NCBI GenBank assembly: GCA_964366875.1
Contig: CAYIVF010000003.1
Span: forward strand, 1-48,074
Direction: 5' to 3'
Origin: an uncultured Candidatus Saccharibacteria bacterium
Lineage (GTDB): Bacteria > Patescibacteriota > Minisyncoccia > Minisyncoccales > Staskawiczbacteraceae
DNA: 48,074 nucleotides
Shown here: piece by piece, positions 9,943 through 19,346 of the stretch
Layout of the letters: each line of letters opens with the position of its first letter
Position numbering within the stretch: the first letter of the stretch is position 1
Translations under genes and position numbers: made by a program
The notes under the pieces: generated by a model
Told to the model about the DNA's origin: nothing
Database searches by the model: none
The model's input: only the letters and a program-made list of their open reading frames with translations

Positions 9943-11934
9943 TTATGATTTGTCAATAGTGGGGGTAGAAGAGAGTTTTTTAATTAGGTCCCTGATTTCT
10001 GCCGCCCTTTCAAAATCAAGATTTTTTGCCGCAATTTTCATTTCTTTTTCTAATAATTTTTTATCATGCACTTGCCAGAATTCAGAGACAATATCTTCTT
10101 TTTTAGAAAATCCCCAGTCTCGTATATCTTTAATTATGGGTTTTGGAGTTATTTTATTTTTTTTATTGTATGCTGCCTGTATTTTTCTTCTTCTATTTAT
10201 TTCGTTTATGGCAGACTTCATAGAGCCGGTTATTTTGTCGGCGTATAAAATTATGCGGCCATCGGGGTTTCTTGCCGCTCTGCCCATTGTTTGTATTAAT
10301 GTTGTTTTGTTTCTTAAAAATCCTTCTTTATCTGCGTCTAAAATTGCAACTAAACTAACTTCTGGCAAATCAATGCCCTCTCTTAAAAGGTTAATGCCCA
10401 CCAAAACATCATATTTGCCCTCGCGCAGATTTTTTAATATTTCCGGCCTTTCCAATGTTTTTACTTCAGAGTGCAAATATTGAGTTTTAATGCCTTTTTC
10501 TATTAAGTAATCAGAAATTTCTTCAGCCAGCCTTTTTGTTAAGGTTAATACTAAAACTCTTTGTTTTTTTGTAATTTCTTTTTCTATTTCTCCGATTAAA
10601 TCTTTAATTTGGTTTTCTGTCTTTTTTATTTCTATAGAAGGCTCTAAAAGTCCGGTTGGCCTTATCAGTTGTTCTATAATATATTTGCCTGCTCTTTGTT
10701 TTTCAAAATCAGCCGGAGTTGCTGATACGTAAATTGTTTGTTTTTGCCTTTTTTCAAACTCTGAAAAAGTTAACGGCCTGTTGTCTATGGCAGAAGGCAA
10801 TCGGAAGCCAAAATCAACTAAAGTTTTTTTCCTTATCTTATCTTGTACCGCCATTGCCCTTATTTGAGGCAAGGAAACGTGAGATTCATCAATAAACATT
10901 AGAAATCCGCCCTGCCCTGAACTTGTTGAAGGGTTAAAATAATTAAAGTAGTCAACTAAAGAAAAGGGCGCCTGTCCCGGCTTTCTAAATTCTAGGTGGC
11001 TTGAATAGTTTTCTATTCCATGGCACCAGCCGGTTTCTGAAAGCAGCTCTAAGTCGTAGTTTGTCTTTTGCTCTAATCTTTCAGCTTCTAACAATTTCGG
11101 GGCACCCTCTGGCTCGTTTTTTAGTTCTTTTAATCTGGCTTCTAGTTCCAGTTTTATATTATTGATGGCAATATTAACTTTGTCTTGCGGGGTTACCCAA
11201 AAATGAGCTGGGAAAATCTTTAACTTTGGCCCCAAGTTTTTATACTTTTGGCCAAGGCCTGGTTTTGTTTCAGATATTTTTTCTATTTTGTCTCCCGCAA
11301 ATTCTACTCTTAATATTTTTTCACCGGTAACGATGTAAATTTCAATTATGTCTCCCCGTGCTCTGAATGTGCCGGGTTTAAAATCAATATCATTTCTTTG
11401 GTATTGCAGGTTTGTTAGAAGAGAAAAAAAGTCCCTTCTCTTTATCCCTTGTTTTAACCTTATTTCTAAAGAAATGTTTTCGTAATTTTCAGGCGAACCA
11501 ATGTTATATATGCAAGAAACAGAAGCGACAACAATCACATCTTTTCTCATAGTAACGTCCTGCACTGCTGCGTGCCTCAATCTGTCTATCTCTTCATTTA
11601 TTTTTGCATCCTTTTCTATATATGTGTCTGATTGCGGTATATATGCTTCGGGCTGATAATAGTCATAGTATGAGACAAAGTAGTGGACGGCGTTATTTGG
11701 AAAAAACTCTTTGAACTCCTGGTATAACTGGGCAGCTAAAGTTTTGTTGGGAGATATAATTAAGGTTGGCTTTTGTATTTTTGAAATAACTTTTGCCATT
11801 GTAAAAGTTTTTCCAGATCCCGTAATGCCTAAAAGCACCTGGTCTTTAATACCAGCTTTTAGGTTTTTTGTGAGCTTGGCGATGGCTTGCGGTTGATCGC
11901 CTCTGGGTTTAAACTTGGAAACTAATTTAAACAT
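9943..11934 (-). CDS. uvrB: Excinuclease ABC subunit B
   Basis: [44 protein letters not shown]. Confidence 0.98.
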   Translation of the reverse strand: MFKLVSKFKPRGDQPQAIAKLTKNLKAGIKDQVLLGITGSGKTFTMAKVISKIQKPTLIISPNKTLAAQLYQEFKEFFPNNAVHYFVSYYDYYQPEAYIPQSDTYIEKDAKINEEIDRLRHAAVQDVTMRKDVIVVASVSCIYNIGSPENYENISLEIRLKQGIKRRDFFSLLTNLQYQRNDIDFKPGTFRARGDIIEIYIVTGEKILRVEFAGDKIEKISETKPGLGQKYKNLGPKLKIFPAHFWVTPQDKVNIAINNIKLELEARLKELKNEPEGAPKLLEAERLEQKTNYDLELLSETGWCHGIENYSSHLEFRKPGQAPFSLVDYFNYFNPSTSSGQGGFLMFIDESHVSLPQIRAMAVQDKIRKKTLVDFGFRLPSAIDNRPLTFSEFEKRQKQTIYVSATPADFEKQRAGKYIIEQLIRPTGLLEPSIEIKKTENQIKDLIGEIEKEITKKQRVLVLTLTKRLAEEISDYLIEKGIKTQYLHSEVKTLERPEILKNLREGKYDVLVGINLLREGIDLPEVSLVAILDADKEGFLRNKTTLIQTMGRAARNPDGRIILYADKITGSMKSAINEINRRRKIQAAYNKKNKITPKPIIKDIRDWGFSKKEDIVSEFWQVHDKKLLEKEMKIAAKNLDFERAAEIRDLIKKLSSTPTIDKS
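10911..10933 (+). repeat. Family A intragenic hairpin repeat (in uvrB)
   Basis: CCTGCCCTGAACTTGTTGAAGGG; encodes PSTSSGQG. Confidence 0.85.
11096..11116 (-). repeat. Family B intragenic repeat (in uvrB)
   Basis: Reverse complement CGAGCCAGAGGGTGCCCCGAA; encodes EPEGAP. Confidence 0.7.
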
Positions 11935-11948
11935 GTTAAGATAGAAAT

Positions 11949-12509
11949 ATGATAAGTTATTTAGAGGGAAAAATCATTTTAAAGCGCGACAAGTTTATTA
12001 TATTAGAAGTCAACAATATTGGCTATAAAGTTTTTTTGTCGCGTCAAATCTTGTTAAGGTTACCAGAAATCGGCGAGACTATCAAGCTATTTACATACCA
12101 AAATGTAAAAGAAGACGCCTTAGACCTTTATGGATTTTTAACCTATGAAGGACTGGAATTTTTTGAGACGTTAATGGATATTCGCGGAGTGGGGCCCAAA
12201 TCAGCTTTGGATATTTCAGCTCTGGGGTCTTTAGAAAAAATTAAAGAAAGAATTTTGGCTCAAGATGAAAAAATATTTGAAGGAATTCCGGGTATTGGTT
12301 CAAAAAAGGCGATGACAATAATTTTAGAGCTTACTGGAAAAATAAAAATGTTGGGAAATAAAAAAGATTCTGCCGACGAAGCAGAATCAGCCTTAATGCA
12401 ACTTGGCTTTTCAAAACAGCGGGCAAAAGAAGCGCTGAGTCATGTTTCTGCAAATGTAAAAAATCCCGAAGAAAGAATAAAATTAGCATTAAAAAACTTA
12501 GGTAAATAA
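11949..12509 (+). CDS. ruvA: Holliday junction branch migration protein RuvA
   Basis: [36 protein letters not shown]. Confidence 0.95.
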   Translation: MISYLEGKIILKRDKFIILEVNNIGYKVFLSRQILLRLPEIGETIKLFTYQNVKEDALDLYGFLTYEGLEFFETLMDIRGVGPKSALDISALGSLEKIKERILAQDEKIFEGIPGIGSKKAMTIILELTGKIKMLGNKKDSADEAESALMQLGFSKQRAKEALSHVSANVKNPEERIKLALKNLGK

Positions 12510-12510
12510 T

Positions 12511-12816
12511 ATGCAAAATATTTTTATATTTTTGATTGGTTCGTTGTTAGGAATGGTTATTACCCGGTTGTTTGAATTTATTTTAAAAACAAATAAAAAT
12601 TTGAGAAATAAATACTATAAACATCATGAGATTTTTTGGGGGTATCATATTCATCACAGCACGTATGGTATTTTGTTTATTGTAATAAGTATTATTTTAT
12701 TTTTTATAAATCAAGAGATATCAGCTCTATTTTGGGCAGCATTCGGCATTGGAGTTATTATCGTCCACACCATTTCAGACCGCAGGTTTATTTTTATAGA
12801 AAAACAAAGATTGTAA
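12511..12816 (+). CDS. Hypothetical membrane protein
   Basis: About three TM segments, GYHIHHS motif; fills the gap between ruvA and murE. Confidence 0.7.
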   Translation: MQNIFIFLIGSLLGMVITRLFEFILKTNKNLRNKYYKHHEIFWGYHIHHSTYGILFIVISIILFFINQEISALFWAAFGIGVIIVHTISDRRFIFIEKQRL

Positions 12817-14010
12817 ATGAACATAAAGGAAACAATCAAAAAATTTATACCCCCTTTTTTATTAAGCATTTATCATTACAAGCTGGCTCTATTGGGAGCT
12901 TTTGTTTTTGGTTTTCCGGGAAAGGATAAAAAAATGAAAATTATCGGGGTGACGGGCACCAGCGGCAAGTCCACAACAGTTGATTTTATAACAAGAATTT
13001 TGGAAGAAGCTGGAAATAAAGTGGCTTCAATCTCAACAATCAGATTTAAGGTGGCTGAAAAGGAATGGGAAAATAAACACAAGATGACAATGCCAGGCCG
13101 CTTTGCAATACAAAAGTTTTTAAAGCAGGCAAAAGACGCAGGGTGCAAGTTTGTTGTTTTGGAAGTTACCTCAGAAGGCATAAGGCAATTCCGCCATAAA
13201 TTTATAAATTTTGATACAGCGGTTTTTACAAACTTAAGCTTAGAGCACATTGAGAGTCATAAAGGTTTTGAGAATTATAGAAATGAAAAATTAAAATTAT
13301 TTAGGGCAACAAAAAACATCCATGTTATAAATACCGATGATGAAAATTCAAAATATTTTTGGGAGATTCCGGCAAAACAGAAAATCGGGTTTTCAATTAA
13401 GGACGCAAGAGAAACAAAATTTAATTTGAATTTAATCGGGGACTTTAATATTTTAAACGCTTTGGCCGCGATTTCTGTTGCAAAGGCATACGGTATTGAT
13501 TTTGACATTTGTAAAAGGGCTTTGGAAAAAGCAAAAGGAATTTCAGGCAGAATGGAAGTTGTATCCGAAAATCCGGTTAAGGTTGTTGTTGATTATGCCC
13601 ATACGCCAGAACAGCTGGAAGCTGTTTACAAAACTTTTAAGGATAAAAAATTAATCTGTGTTTTGGGTTCTTGCGGAGGAGGAAGGGACAAGTGGAAAAG
13701 GCCGGTTTTAGGAAAAATAGCAGGAGAATTCTGCAAAGAAATTATTATCACAAATGAAGACCCTTACGACGAACCACCTATGGAAATTATAAAGGAAGTT
13801 GCATCAGGAATCCAAAATCCAACACCTAACACCCAACACCTAATTTTAGATAGAAAAGAAGCGATAAAAACTGCTATAAAATTAGCAAGACCCGATGACG
13901 TTGTAATAATTACAGGCAAGGGTTCAGAACCTTGGATGTGCGTAGCAAATGGCAAAAAAATGCCCTGGGATGACAGGAAAATAGCCGCAGAAGCGCTGCA
14001 AAGCAGATAG
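12817..14010 (+). CDS. murE: Mur ligase, MurE-like
   Basis: GVTGTSGKST, LEVTSEG, FTNL..EH, GRME, VDYAHTP, NEDP, TGKG. Confidence 0.88.
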   Translation: MNIKETIKKFIPPFLLSIYHYKLALLGAFVFGFPGKDKKMKIIGVTGTSGKSTTVDFITRILEEAGNKVASISTIRFKVAEKEWENKHKMTMPGRFAIQKFLKQAKDAGCKFVVLEVTSEGIRQFRHKFINFDTAVFTNLSLEHIESHKGFENYRNEKLKLFRATKNIHVINTDDENSKYFWEIPAKQKIGFSIKDARETKFNLNLIGDFNILNALAAISVAKAYGIDFDICKRALEKAKGISGRMEVVSENPVKVVVDYAHTPEQLEAVYKTFKDKKLICVLGSCGGGRDKWKRPVLGKIAGEFCKEIIITNEDPYDEPPMEIIKEVASGIQNPTPNTQHLILDRKEAIKTAIKLARPDDVVIITGKGSEPWMCVANGKKMPWDDRKIAAEALQSR

Positions 14011-14077
14011 CTTGCCTCCCGAGCTGATTTATGGTAAAGTGTAAAAGACATAAGGAATGTCTTTTTTATTTATTGAT

Positions 14078-14218
14078 ATGTCCAAAAAGATGCCAAAATC
14101 AATTAGAAAATTTATTCGCAGAGAAAAAGCCCGCATAAGACGGCAATTTTTGGATGTAAAAAAGCAAGAAGAGCAAATAGCAGGGTTATATAAAAAAATT
14201 AAAGAAAATATTAGCTAA
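14078..14218 (+). CDS. Small basic protein (46 aa), below the ORF-track cutoff
   Basis: Hand translation MSKKMPKSIRKFIRREKARIRRQFLDVKKQEEQIAGLYKKIKENIS; stop 12 nt before the NIF3 gene. Confidence 0.65.
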   Translation: MSKKMPKSIRKFIRREKARIRRQFLDVKKQEEQIAGLYKKIKENIS

Positions 14219-14230
14219 TATTAAACTACT

Positions 14231-15187
14231 ATGAAAATACAAGATATTCAAAAATTATCTATAAAAATGGGTATAGAGTCAGATTTTAGAGGCAAAGAAG
14301 GCGTGCAGAAAGTTTTAGAAGACAAGAACAAAAAGTTTCAAAAAATGTCTAGCCAAGAGCAAGAAGAATTTGACAAAGAGGCGCTGGAAAACCCCTATTT
14401 AGACTCGGGCGTTTATAATGTTTCAGATGACAAAGAAATAAAAAGAGTTTTAGTGGGAATTGACGTGGGTCCCGGGGAAATTTTAATGGCGAAGGAGTTG
14501 GGAGACATTGATCTGATTATAGCCCATCATCCGATAGGAAAGGGATTGGCTCAATTAGCAGATGTAATGGATTTACAGTGTGATGTTTTAAATTTTTACG
14601 GAGTTCCGATAAACATTGCAGAGGGTCTTATGAAAGAAAAGATTTCAGAGGTTGCCAGAGGCGTAAATTCAGCCAATCACCAGCGCACGGTTGACGCGGC
14701 CAAGCTTTTAAGTTTTAACTTAATGAATTCTCATACTCCCTGCGATAATTTAGCCGCCAAATTTTTAAGGGACTTGATAGAAAACAAAAAGATAGAAAGA
14801 ATTTCCGACTTAATAAATACATTAAAAGAAGTTCCAGAGTATAAAGAAGCAATTAAAATCGGAGCCGGTCCTAAAATTTTTGTCGGTTCCCCGGAAAACA
14901 GATGCGGTAAGATAGCCCTTTCAGAAATTACCGGTGGCACAGAAGGTTCTCCTAAGCTTTACGAAAAAATGGCTCAGGCAGGGATTGGCACTGTAGTTGG
15001 CATGCATGTTTCAGAAGAGCATAAAAAAGAAGCAGAAACAGCCAATGTTAATATTGTAATTGCCGGCCATATTTCTTCTGATTCTTTGGGCATGAATCTA
15101 TTTTTAGATGAATTAGAAAAACAAGGAATTGAAATTGTACCGTGTTCTGGACTTACAAGATTTTCAAGAGCAAGGTCCGATGGATAA
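14231..15187 (+). CDS. NIF3 (NGG1p-interacting factor) family protein
   Basis: VGID, IAHHP, HTPCDN, TGGTEG, AGHISSDSLGMN. Confidence 0.85.
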   Translation: MKIQDIQKLSIKMGIESDFRGKEGVQKVLEDKNKKFQKMSSQEQEEFDKEALENPYLDSGVYNVSDDKEIKRVLVGIDVGPGEILMAKELGDIDLIIAHHPIGKGLAQLADVMDLQCDVLNFYGVPINIAEGLMKEKISEVARGVNSANHQRTVDAAKLLSFNLMNSHTPCDNLAAKFLRDLIENKKIERISDLINTLKEVPEYKEAIKIGAGPKIFVGSPENRCGKIALSEITGGTEGSPKLYEKMAQAGIGTVVGMHVSEEHKKEAETANVNIVIAGHISSDSLGMNLFLDELEKQGIEIVPCSGLTRFSRARSDG

Positions 15188-15253
15188 ATTGTGAATAAAA
15201 AGTGTGTCTGCGGTGGATAAAAGACTTGACACTTTATATTTAAAGAATAAAAT
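15179..15253 (+). promoter_or_regulatory. DnaA-like boxes plus sigma70 promoter
   Basis: GATGGATAA 15179, TGTGAATAA 15190, GGTGGATAA 15212; TTGACA 15226 -16 nt- TAAAAT 15248. Confidence 0.6.
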
Positions 15254-15261
15254 GCAAATAT

Positions 15262-15393
15262 GAGGGGGTGAGAGATTAATTCTCAAGGACAGAGTAGTTC
15301 TAAACGAAAGAGGTCAAAAGTATATACCTAAATTTATTGTCCGAATTTGGGCTCGAGAAGAAACCTAGGTCGTTAGGAATTATAAACCCCCTC
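15262..15393 (+). ncRNA. Candidate structured non-coding RNA (possibly 6S-like)
   Basis: Terminal stem GAGGGGGT/ACCCCCTC, inner stems TAATTCT/GGAATTA and CCTAAATTT/GAATTTGGG; own promoter and terminator; no ORF in the track. Confidence 0.65.
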
Positions 15394-15400
15394 TTCAAAG

Positions 15401-15430
15401 GCCGCCAGATTAATTCTGGCGGTTTTTGTT
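15401..15430 (+). terminator. Intrinsic terminator
   Basis: GCCGCCAGA-TTAAT-TCTGGCGGT followed by T-run. Confidence 0.85.
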
Positions 15431-15497
15431 TGATATAATTTATTTTTTTTGTTAAAGTGTAATAAAGGTCTAACATATTAAAAACATAAATAAAATT

Positions 15498-15764
15498 ATG
15501 GTAAACAATAAAGAAGAAGGAAAACTAATAGGTAAAATTACCCATTATTTTTCAAATATTGAAGTGGCAGTCGTAGACCTGTCAGCGCCGCTGAAAGAAG
15601 GAGACACCATTAGGATAACTGGCGGAGAAAACACTGATTTTACCCAGACGGTTGGCTCAATGCAAATTGAGCACGAAAAGGTAAAGACAGCGAAGAAAGG
15701 AGATTCTGTTGGTATGAAAGTTAGCGAAAAAGTGAGAGAGGGATACCACGTGTACAAAGTTTAA
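15498..15764 (+). CDS. Small translation elongation factor-like beta-barrel protein
   Basis: IGKITHYF..I.VAV, L..GD.I, Q.V.SMQIEH, GD.VG.KV...VREG..VYK. Confidence 0.8.
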   Translation: MVNNKEEGKLIGKITHYFSNIEVAVVDLSAPLKEGDTIRITGGENTDFTQTVGSMQIEHEKVKTAKKGDSVGMKVSEKVREGYHVYKV

Positions 15765-15849
15765 ATATATAAACATTAGTTTTACCTGTCTTAATTTTTA
15801 ATAAATAAAAAAGATTTTGTAAGATTTTTGATTGAGGCATTTGAAAAAA

Positions 15850-18204
15850 ATGAAGTTTATAGCTGATTTTCATATCCATTCAAAATACTCAAGAGCCACT
15901 TCTCCGTCAATGGACTTGGAAAATTTGGATAAGTGGGCGAAAATCAAGGGGATTAAGGTTTTGGGCACAGGAGATTTTACGCATCCAGAGTGGTTCAAAT
16001 CAATAAAAGAAAAACTAGAGCCGGCAGAGTCCGGCCTTTTTAAGCTGCGCAACTTAGACTCTTCTACCCGTTTTATTCTAACCTCAGAAATAAGCTGTAT
16101 TTATTCAAAAGGAGGAAAAGTAAGAAAAATTCATATTGTTGTCTTTTCCCCATCGTTTGAAGCAGTAGAAAAGATTAATGCCAGATTAAGTCAAATTGGA
16201 AATCTAAAAACAGACGGCAGGCCGATTTTAGGATTAGATGTTAAGGAATTAGCAAAAATAGTTTTAGACGCAGATGAGAATTGTTTAGTGGTGCCAGCTC
16301 ACGCCTGGACGCCCTGGTTTTCTATTTTTGGTTCAAAGTCCGGTTTTAATTCTTTAGAAGAGTGTTTTGAGGATTACACAAAATATATTTACGCGATTGA
16401 AACCGGACTTTCCTGTTATGATGAGAAAACAGATGTTTTGACAAATAATGGCTGGAAAAAATTTTCTGATATAAATTACTCTGATAAAATTTGTACATTA
16501 AATATCAAAAATAATAAAATTGAATTCCAAAAATCAGTAAAAAAATTTAGTTATCAATATAAAGGTAGAATGTATAGATTAAAAACGAAAAGAGTTGATT
16601 TATTGGTTACTCCCAATCACAGGCTTTTTGTCTGCAAATGTGATTTTCGTAAGCCGCCAAAATTTTTTCTAAAAGAAGCTGAATTTCTATTTAATAAGGC
16701 AAAAAGATTTAAAAAAGATGGCATATGGATTGGCAAAAATCCAAAATATTTTACCTTGCCTGCGGTTAAAATGAATTGGGGATGCGAGAATTATTCTGGA
16801 TTTAGGTATAAAAAAGAAAAAAACTTTCCCATTAGAAACTGGCTAAAATTTTTCGGTTTTTGGATAGCAGAAGGTTGGACAACTCAAGGAAATAATAGTG
16901 ATTACTGCGTTTGTCTGTCTAACACAGATGTAAATCTGATGTATGAAATGAAACGAATTCTTGAGAATTTTGGATATACTGTTTTTTATTTTAAAAAAGG
17001 CAACACCCTCAGAGTCAGGGATTATCAATTGTTTGATTACCTCAAACGATTTGGTAAGTGCTATGATAAGTTTATCCCTCAAGATATAAAATCTTTATCA
17101 AAAGAGCTTTTAGAAATTTTACTTAGATATTATATTAAGGGTGACGGTCATATATATGGGCGGAGCGGTAAGGGTTTGTCTGCTACCACTACATCTATCC
17201 ATTTGAGAGATGATTTGCAAGAAATAGCATTAAAGATTGGATATTCGGCATACTATAAATTAGGGTATAAGAAGGGAACCCCATTCCACGGGGTGCTTTA
17301 TAAAAATAGAATATATAAACAAAATAATGATAGTTGGGTAGTTTATTTTATCAGAAGAAATATCCATGCAGTTTTACCCTCAACAAATAAGAAATATGGT
17401 CATATAGAGTCATGGATTAAATTTAAAGGGAGAGTGTTTTGTGTTTCCGTTCCGAATCATGTAATTTATGTTCGAAGAAATGGTATTCCAGTTTGGTGTG
17501 GAAATTCAGATCCAAAGATGAACTGGCGCTTGTCTCAACTAGATAAAATAACCTTAATAAGCAATTCAGATGCCCATTCGGTTCAAAAAATCGGCAGGGA
17601 GGCAAATGTTTTTGATACAGAAATTAGTTATGGCGCTATTGTAGAGGCAATTAAATCAAAAAATCCTCAAAGATTTTTGTACACCATTGAATTTTTTCCA
17701 GAAGAAGGAAAATATCACTACGATGGCCACAGACTATGCAACCTAAGCTTATCTCCTCAAGAATCTAAAAAATACAACAATATTTGTCCAAGGTGCGGCA
17801 AACCATTAGTAATAGGAGTTTTAAACAGAGTAGAAGAGTTAGCTGACAGACCAGAGGGATTTGTACCGGAAAATGCCATACCATTCAAAAGTTTAATACC
17901 TCTGGAAGAGATAATTGCCGAATCAATCGGTGTTTCAACCGCGTCAAAAGAAGTTTCTAAGATATATAGCAGTTTAATTGCAAATTTAGGCAATGAGTTA
18001 AAAATATTATTAGAAGCTGATAGAAAAGAGATAGAATTAAAATCTTCATCCAAGGTAGCAGAAGGAATTATTAGAACAAGGACAGGAAAGGTTTTTATAG
18101 ACCCGGGATATGATGGAGTTTATGGAAAAATAAAGCTCTTTTCTAAAACAGAATCTATGGCATCTGGCGAGAAAAAATCTTTGTCACAGAAAACATTGTT
18201 TTAA
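15850..18204 (+). CDS. Endonuclease Q family PHP-domain protein, intein-containing
   Basis: ADFHIHSKYSRATS, GTGDFTHP, PAHAWTP, ETGLS[intein]SD, SNSDAHS, GKYH, CPRCG, PGYDG.YG; ATG at 15850 preferred over the track's 15832. Confidence 0.88.
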   Translation: MKFIADFHIHSKYSRATSPSMDLENLDKWAKIKGIKVLGTGDFTHPEWFKSIKEKLEPAESGLFKLRNLDSSTRFILTSEISCIYSKGGKVRKIHIVVFSPSFEAVEKINARLSQIGNLKTDGRPILGLDVKELAKIVLDADENCLVVPAHAWTPWFSIFGSKSGFNSLEECFEDYTKYIYAIETGLSCYDEKTDVLTNNGWKKFSDINYSDKICTLNIKNNKIEFQKSVKKFSYQYKGRMYRLKTKRVDLLVTPNHRLFVCKCDFRKPPKFFLKEAEFLFNKAKRFKKDGIWIGKNPKYFTLPAVKMNWGCENYSGFRYKKEKNFPIRNWLKFFGFWIAEGWTTQGNNSDYCVCLSNTDVNLMYEMKRILENFGYTVFYFKKGNTLRVRDYQLFDYLKRFGKCYDKFIPQDIKSLSKELLEILLRYYIKGDGHIYGRSGKGLSATTTSIHLRDDLQEIALKIGYSAYYKLGYKKGTPFHGVLYKNRIYKQNNDSWVVYFIRRNIHAVLPSTNKKYGHIESWIKFKGRVFCVSVPNHVIYVRRNGIPVWCGNSDPKMNWRLSQLDKITLISNSDAHSVQKIGREANVFDTEISYGAIVEAIKSKNPQRFLYTIEFFPEEGKYHYDGHRLCNLSLSPQESKKYNNICPRCGKPLVIGVLNRVEELADRPEGFVPENAIPFKSLIPLEEIIAESIGVSTASKEVSKIYSSLIANLGNELKILLEADRKEIELKSSSKVAEGIIRTRTGKVFIDPGYDGVYGKIKLFSKTESMASGEKKSLSQKTLF
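16414..17505 (+). mobile_element. Intein (364 aa) with LAGLIDADG homing endonuclease
   Basis: Starts CYDEKTDVLT..GW; block B VTPNH; GFWIAEG and YYIKGDG; ends VYVRRNG.PVWCGN before Ser+1; removal restores ETGLSSDP. Confidence 0.93.
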
Positions 18205-18267
18205 AAATAAAAAAAGCCCCTGCCGTAGCACGAGCCTTGCGAACAAACGGGGCTGAGTAAAACGATT

Positions 18268-18579
18268 TCAGGTGATAGAAATAGTCACTTCAAGTTCTTC
18301 GCAGCTTCCAGCGGCTTTTTCTAGCCATCCTATGACTGCGTCTATAAGGCTTTTTATCTCCGCCGCAGCCTCCTGGATTCCTTCATCTTCGGCTCCTCCG
18401 CCCATTATCTTTATTTGACCAGGGAGAGGCCCCCTTACTTCGATTTTTTCGCTTTCCAGCAGAACTTCTAGGAGTTTTGCTGCTTCATGGGTAATATCTG
18501 TGATTCCCACGAGCTTGCTACTTTTTTCTATCACCATTTTGATAGTCCGGCTTTCTTGGACTTTCGTTGAGGTAGCCAT
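18268..18579 (-). CDS. Hypothetical protein
   Basis: 103-aa ORF, GGAGG SD, TTGCAT-17-TAGAAT promoter (18631-18659), terminator-like hairpin 18211-18254. Confidence 0.7.
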   Translation of the reverse strand: MATSTKVQESRTIKMVIEKSSKLVGITDITHEAAKLLEVLLESEKIEVRGPLPGQIKIMGGGAEDEGIQEAAAEIKSLIDAVIGWLEKAAGSCEELEVTISIT

Positions 18580-18698
18580 TTTAATCGCCCTCCATTTGTT
18601 TGCGATTGCTGAATGAGCAAATATTAAAATATTCTATAACGTTTGATTTTTAAATGCAAGCTTTTTTTCCTTGGCTTCGCCAAGTTTTGATTAGAGGC

Positions 18699-18727
18699 TT
18701 GACATTGTAAAAACTACAGACTAAAAT
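18699..18727 (+). promoter_or_regulatory. sigma70 promoter upstream of greA
   Basis: TTGACA-17 nt-TAAAAT. Confidence 0.7.
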
Positions 18728-18780
18728 TGAAACTACCCCTGAAAAATTAAAAATTATATTGTATAATATAATAACAAAAA

Positions 18781-19257
18781 ATGGACGGGAAAACTTTTTA
18801 CATAACTAAAGCAAAACTGCAAGAGCTCAAAAAGGAATATGAGGAGCTGTTAGATTTTGAACGCCGCAAAGCAGTTGGCGAAGAGGCTCCTAAAATTTTT
18901 GAATCTGAAGATATAAATCCAGAATTTCTTAGTTTTCAAGAGGATATGACTTTTTTGAGGTCAAGAATCGATGAATTAAAAAATATTTTAGACCACCACG
19001 AATTGATAAGGAACCCAGCGAAGAATGAACGAGGTTTTGTCGGTTTAGGCGCTAAAGTAAAAATAGATGTTAATGGCGGGAAAGACGAATTCATAATCGT
19101 CGGCACCCTTGAGGCAAATCCTGCTTTGGGAAAAATCAGCAACGAGTCGCCAGTCGGCAAAGCGCTTTTGGGCCACAAAATTGGAGACGAGATTATAATT
19201 TCTTCACCCATTAAAACGACCTATAAAATAAAAGGGATAAAATACGAACTTAATTAA
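18781..19257 (+). CDS. greA: GreA/GreB family transcription elongation factor
   Basis: YIT....EL..E, N.E, IVG..EANP..GKISNESPVGKALLG. Confidence 0.9.
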   Translation: MDGKTFYITKAKLQELKKEYEELLDFERRKAVGEEAPKIFESEDINPEFLSFQEDMTFLRSRIDELKNILDHHELIRNPAKNERGFVGLGAKVKIDVNGGKDEFIIVGTLEANPALGKISNESPVGKALLGHKIGDEIIISSPIKTTYKIKGIKYELN

Positions 19258-19269
19258 AAAAACTAAAGA

Positions 19270-19297
19270 GCTCGCCAGACACGGCGGGTTTTTGTTT
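19270..19297 (+). terminator. Intrinsic terminator
   Basis: GCTCGCC-AGACAC-GGCGGGT followed by T-run. Confidence 0.75.
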
Positions 19298-19346
19298 ACT
19301 TTTCCCTCGCTTGTAATTATAATGTAGAAATAACAATTTAAATATT

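Noticed and set aside
15179-15260. Replication origin
   Set aside because: Only three boxes, one matching consensus; no dnaA/dnaN nearby and no evident strand switch
15262-15393. Candidate RNA as a CsrB/RsmZ-type sponge for CsrA
   Set aside because: Only two GGA motifs, not in repeated hairpin loops
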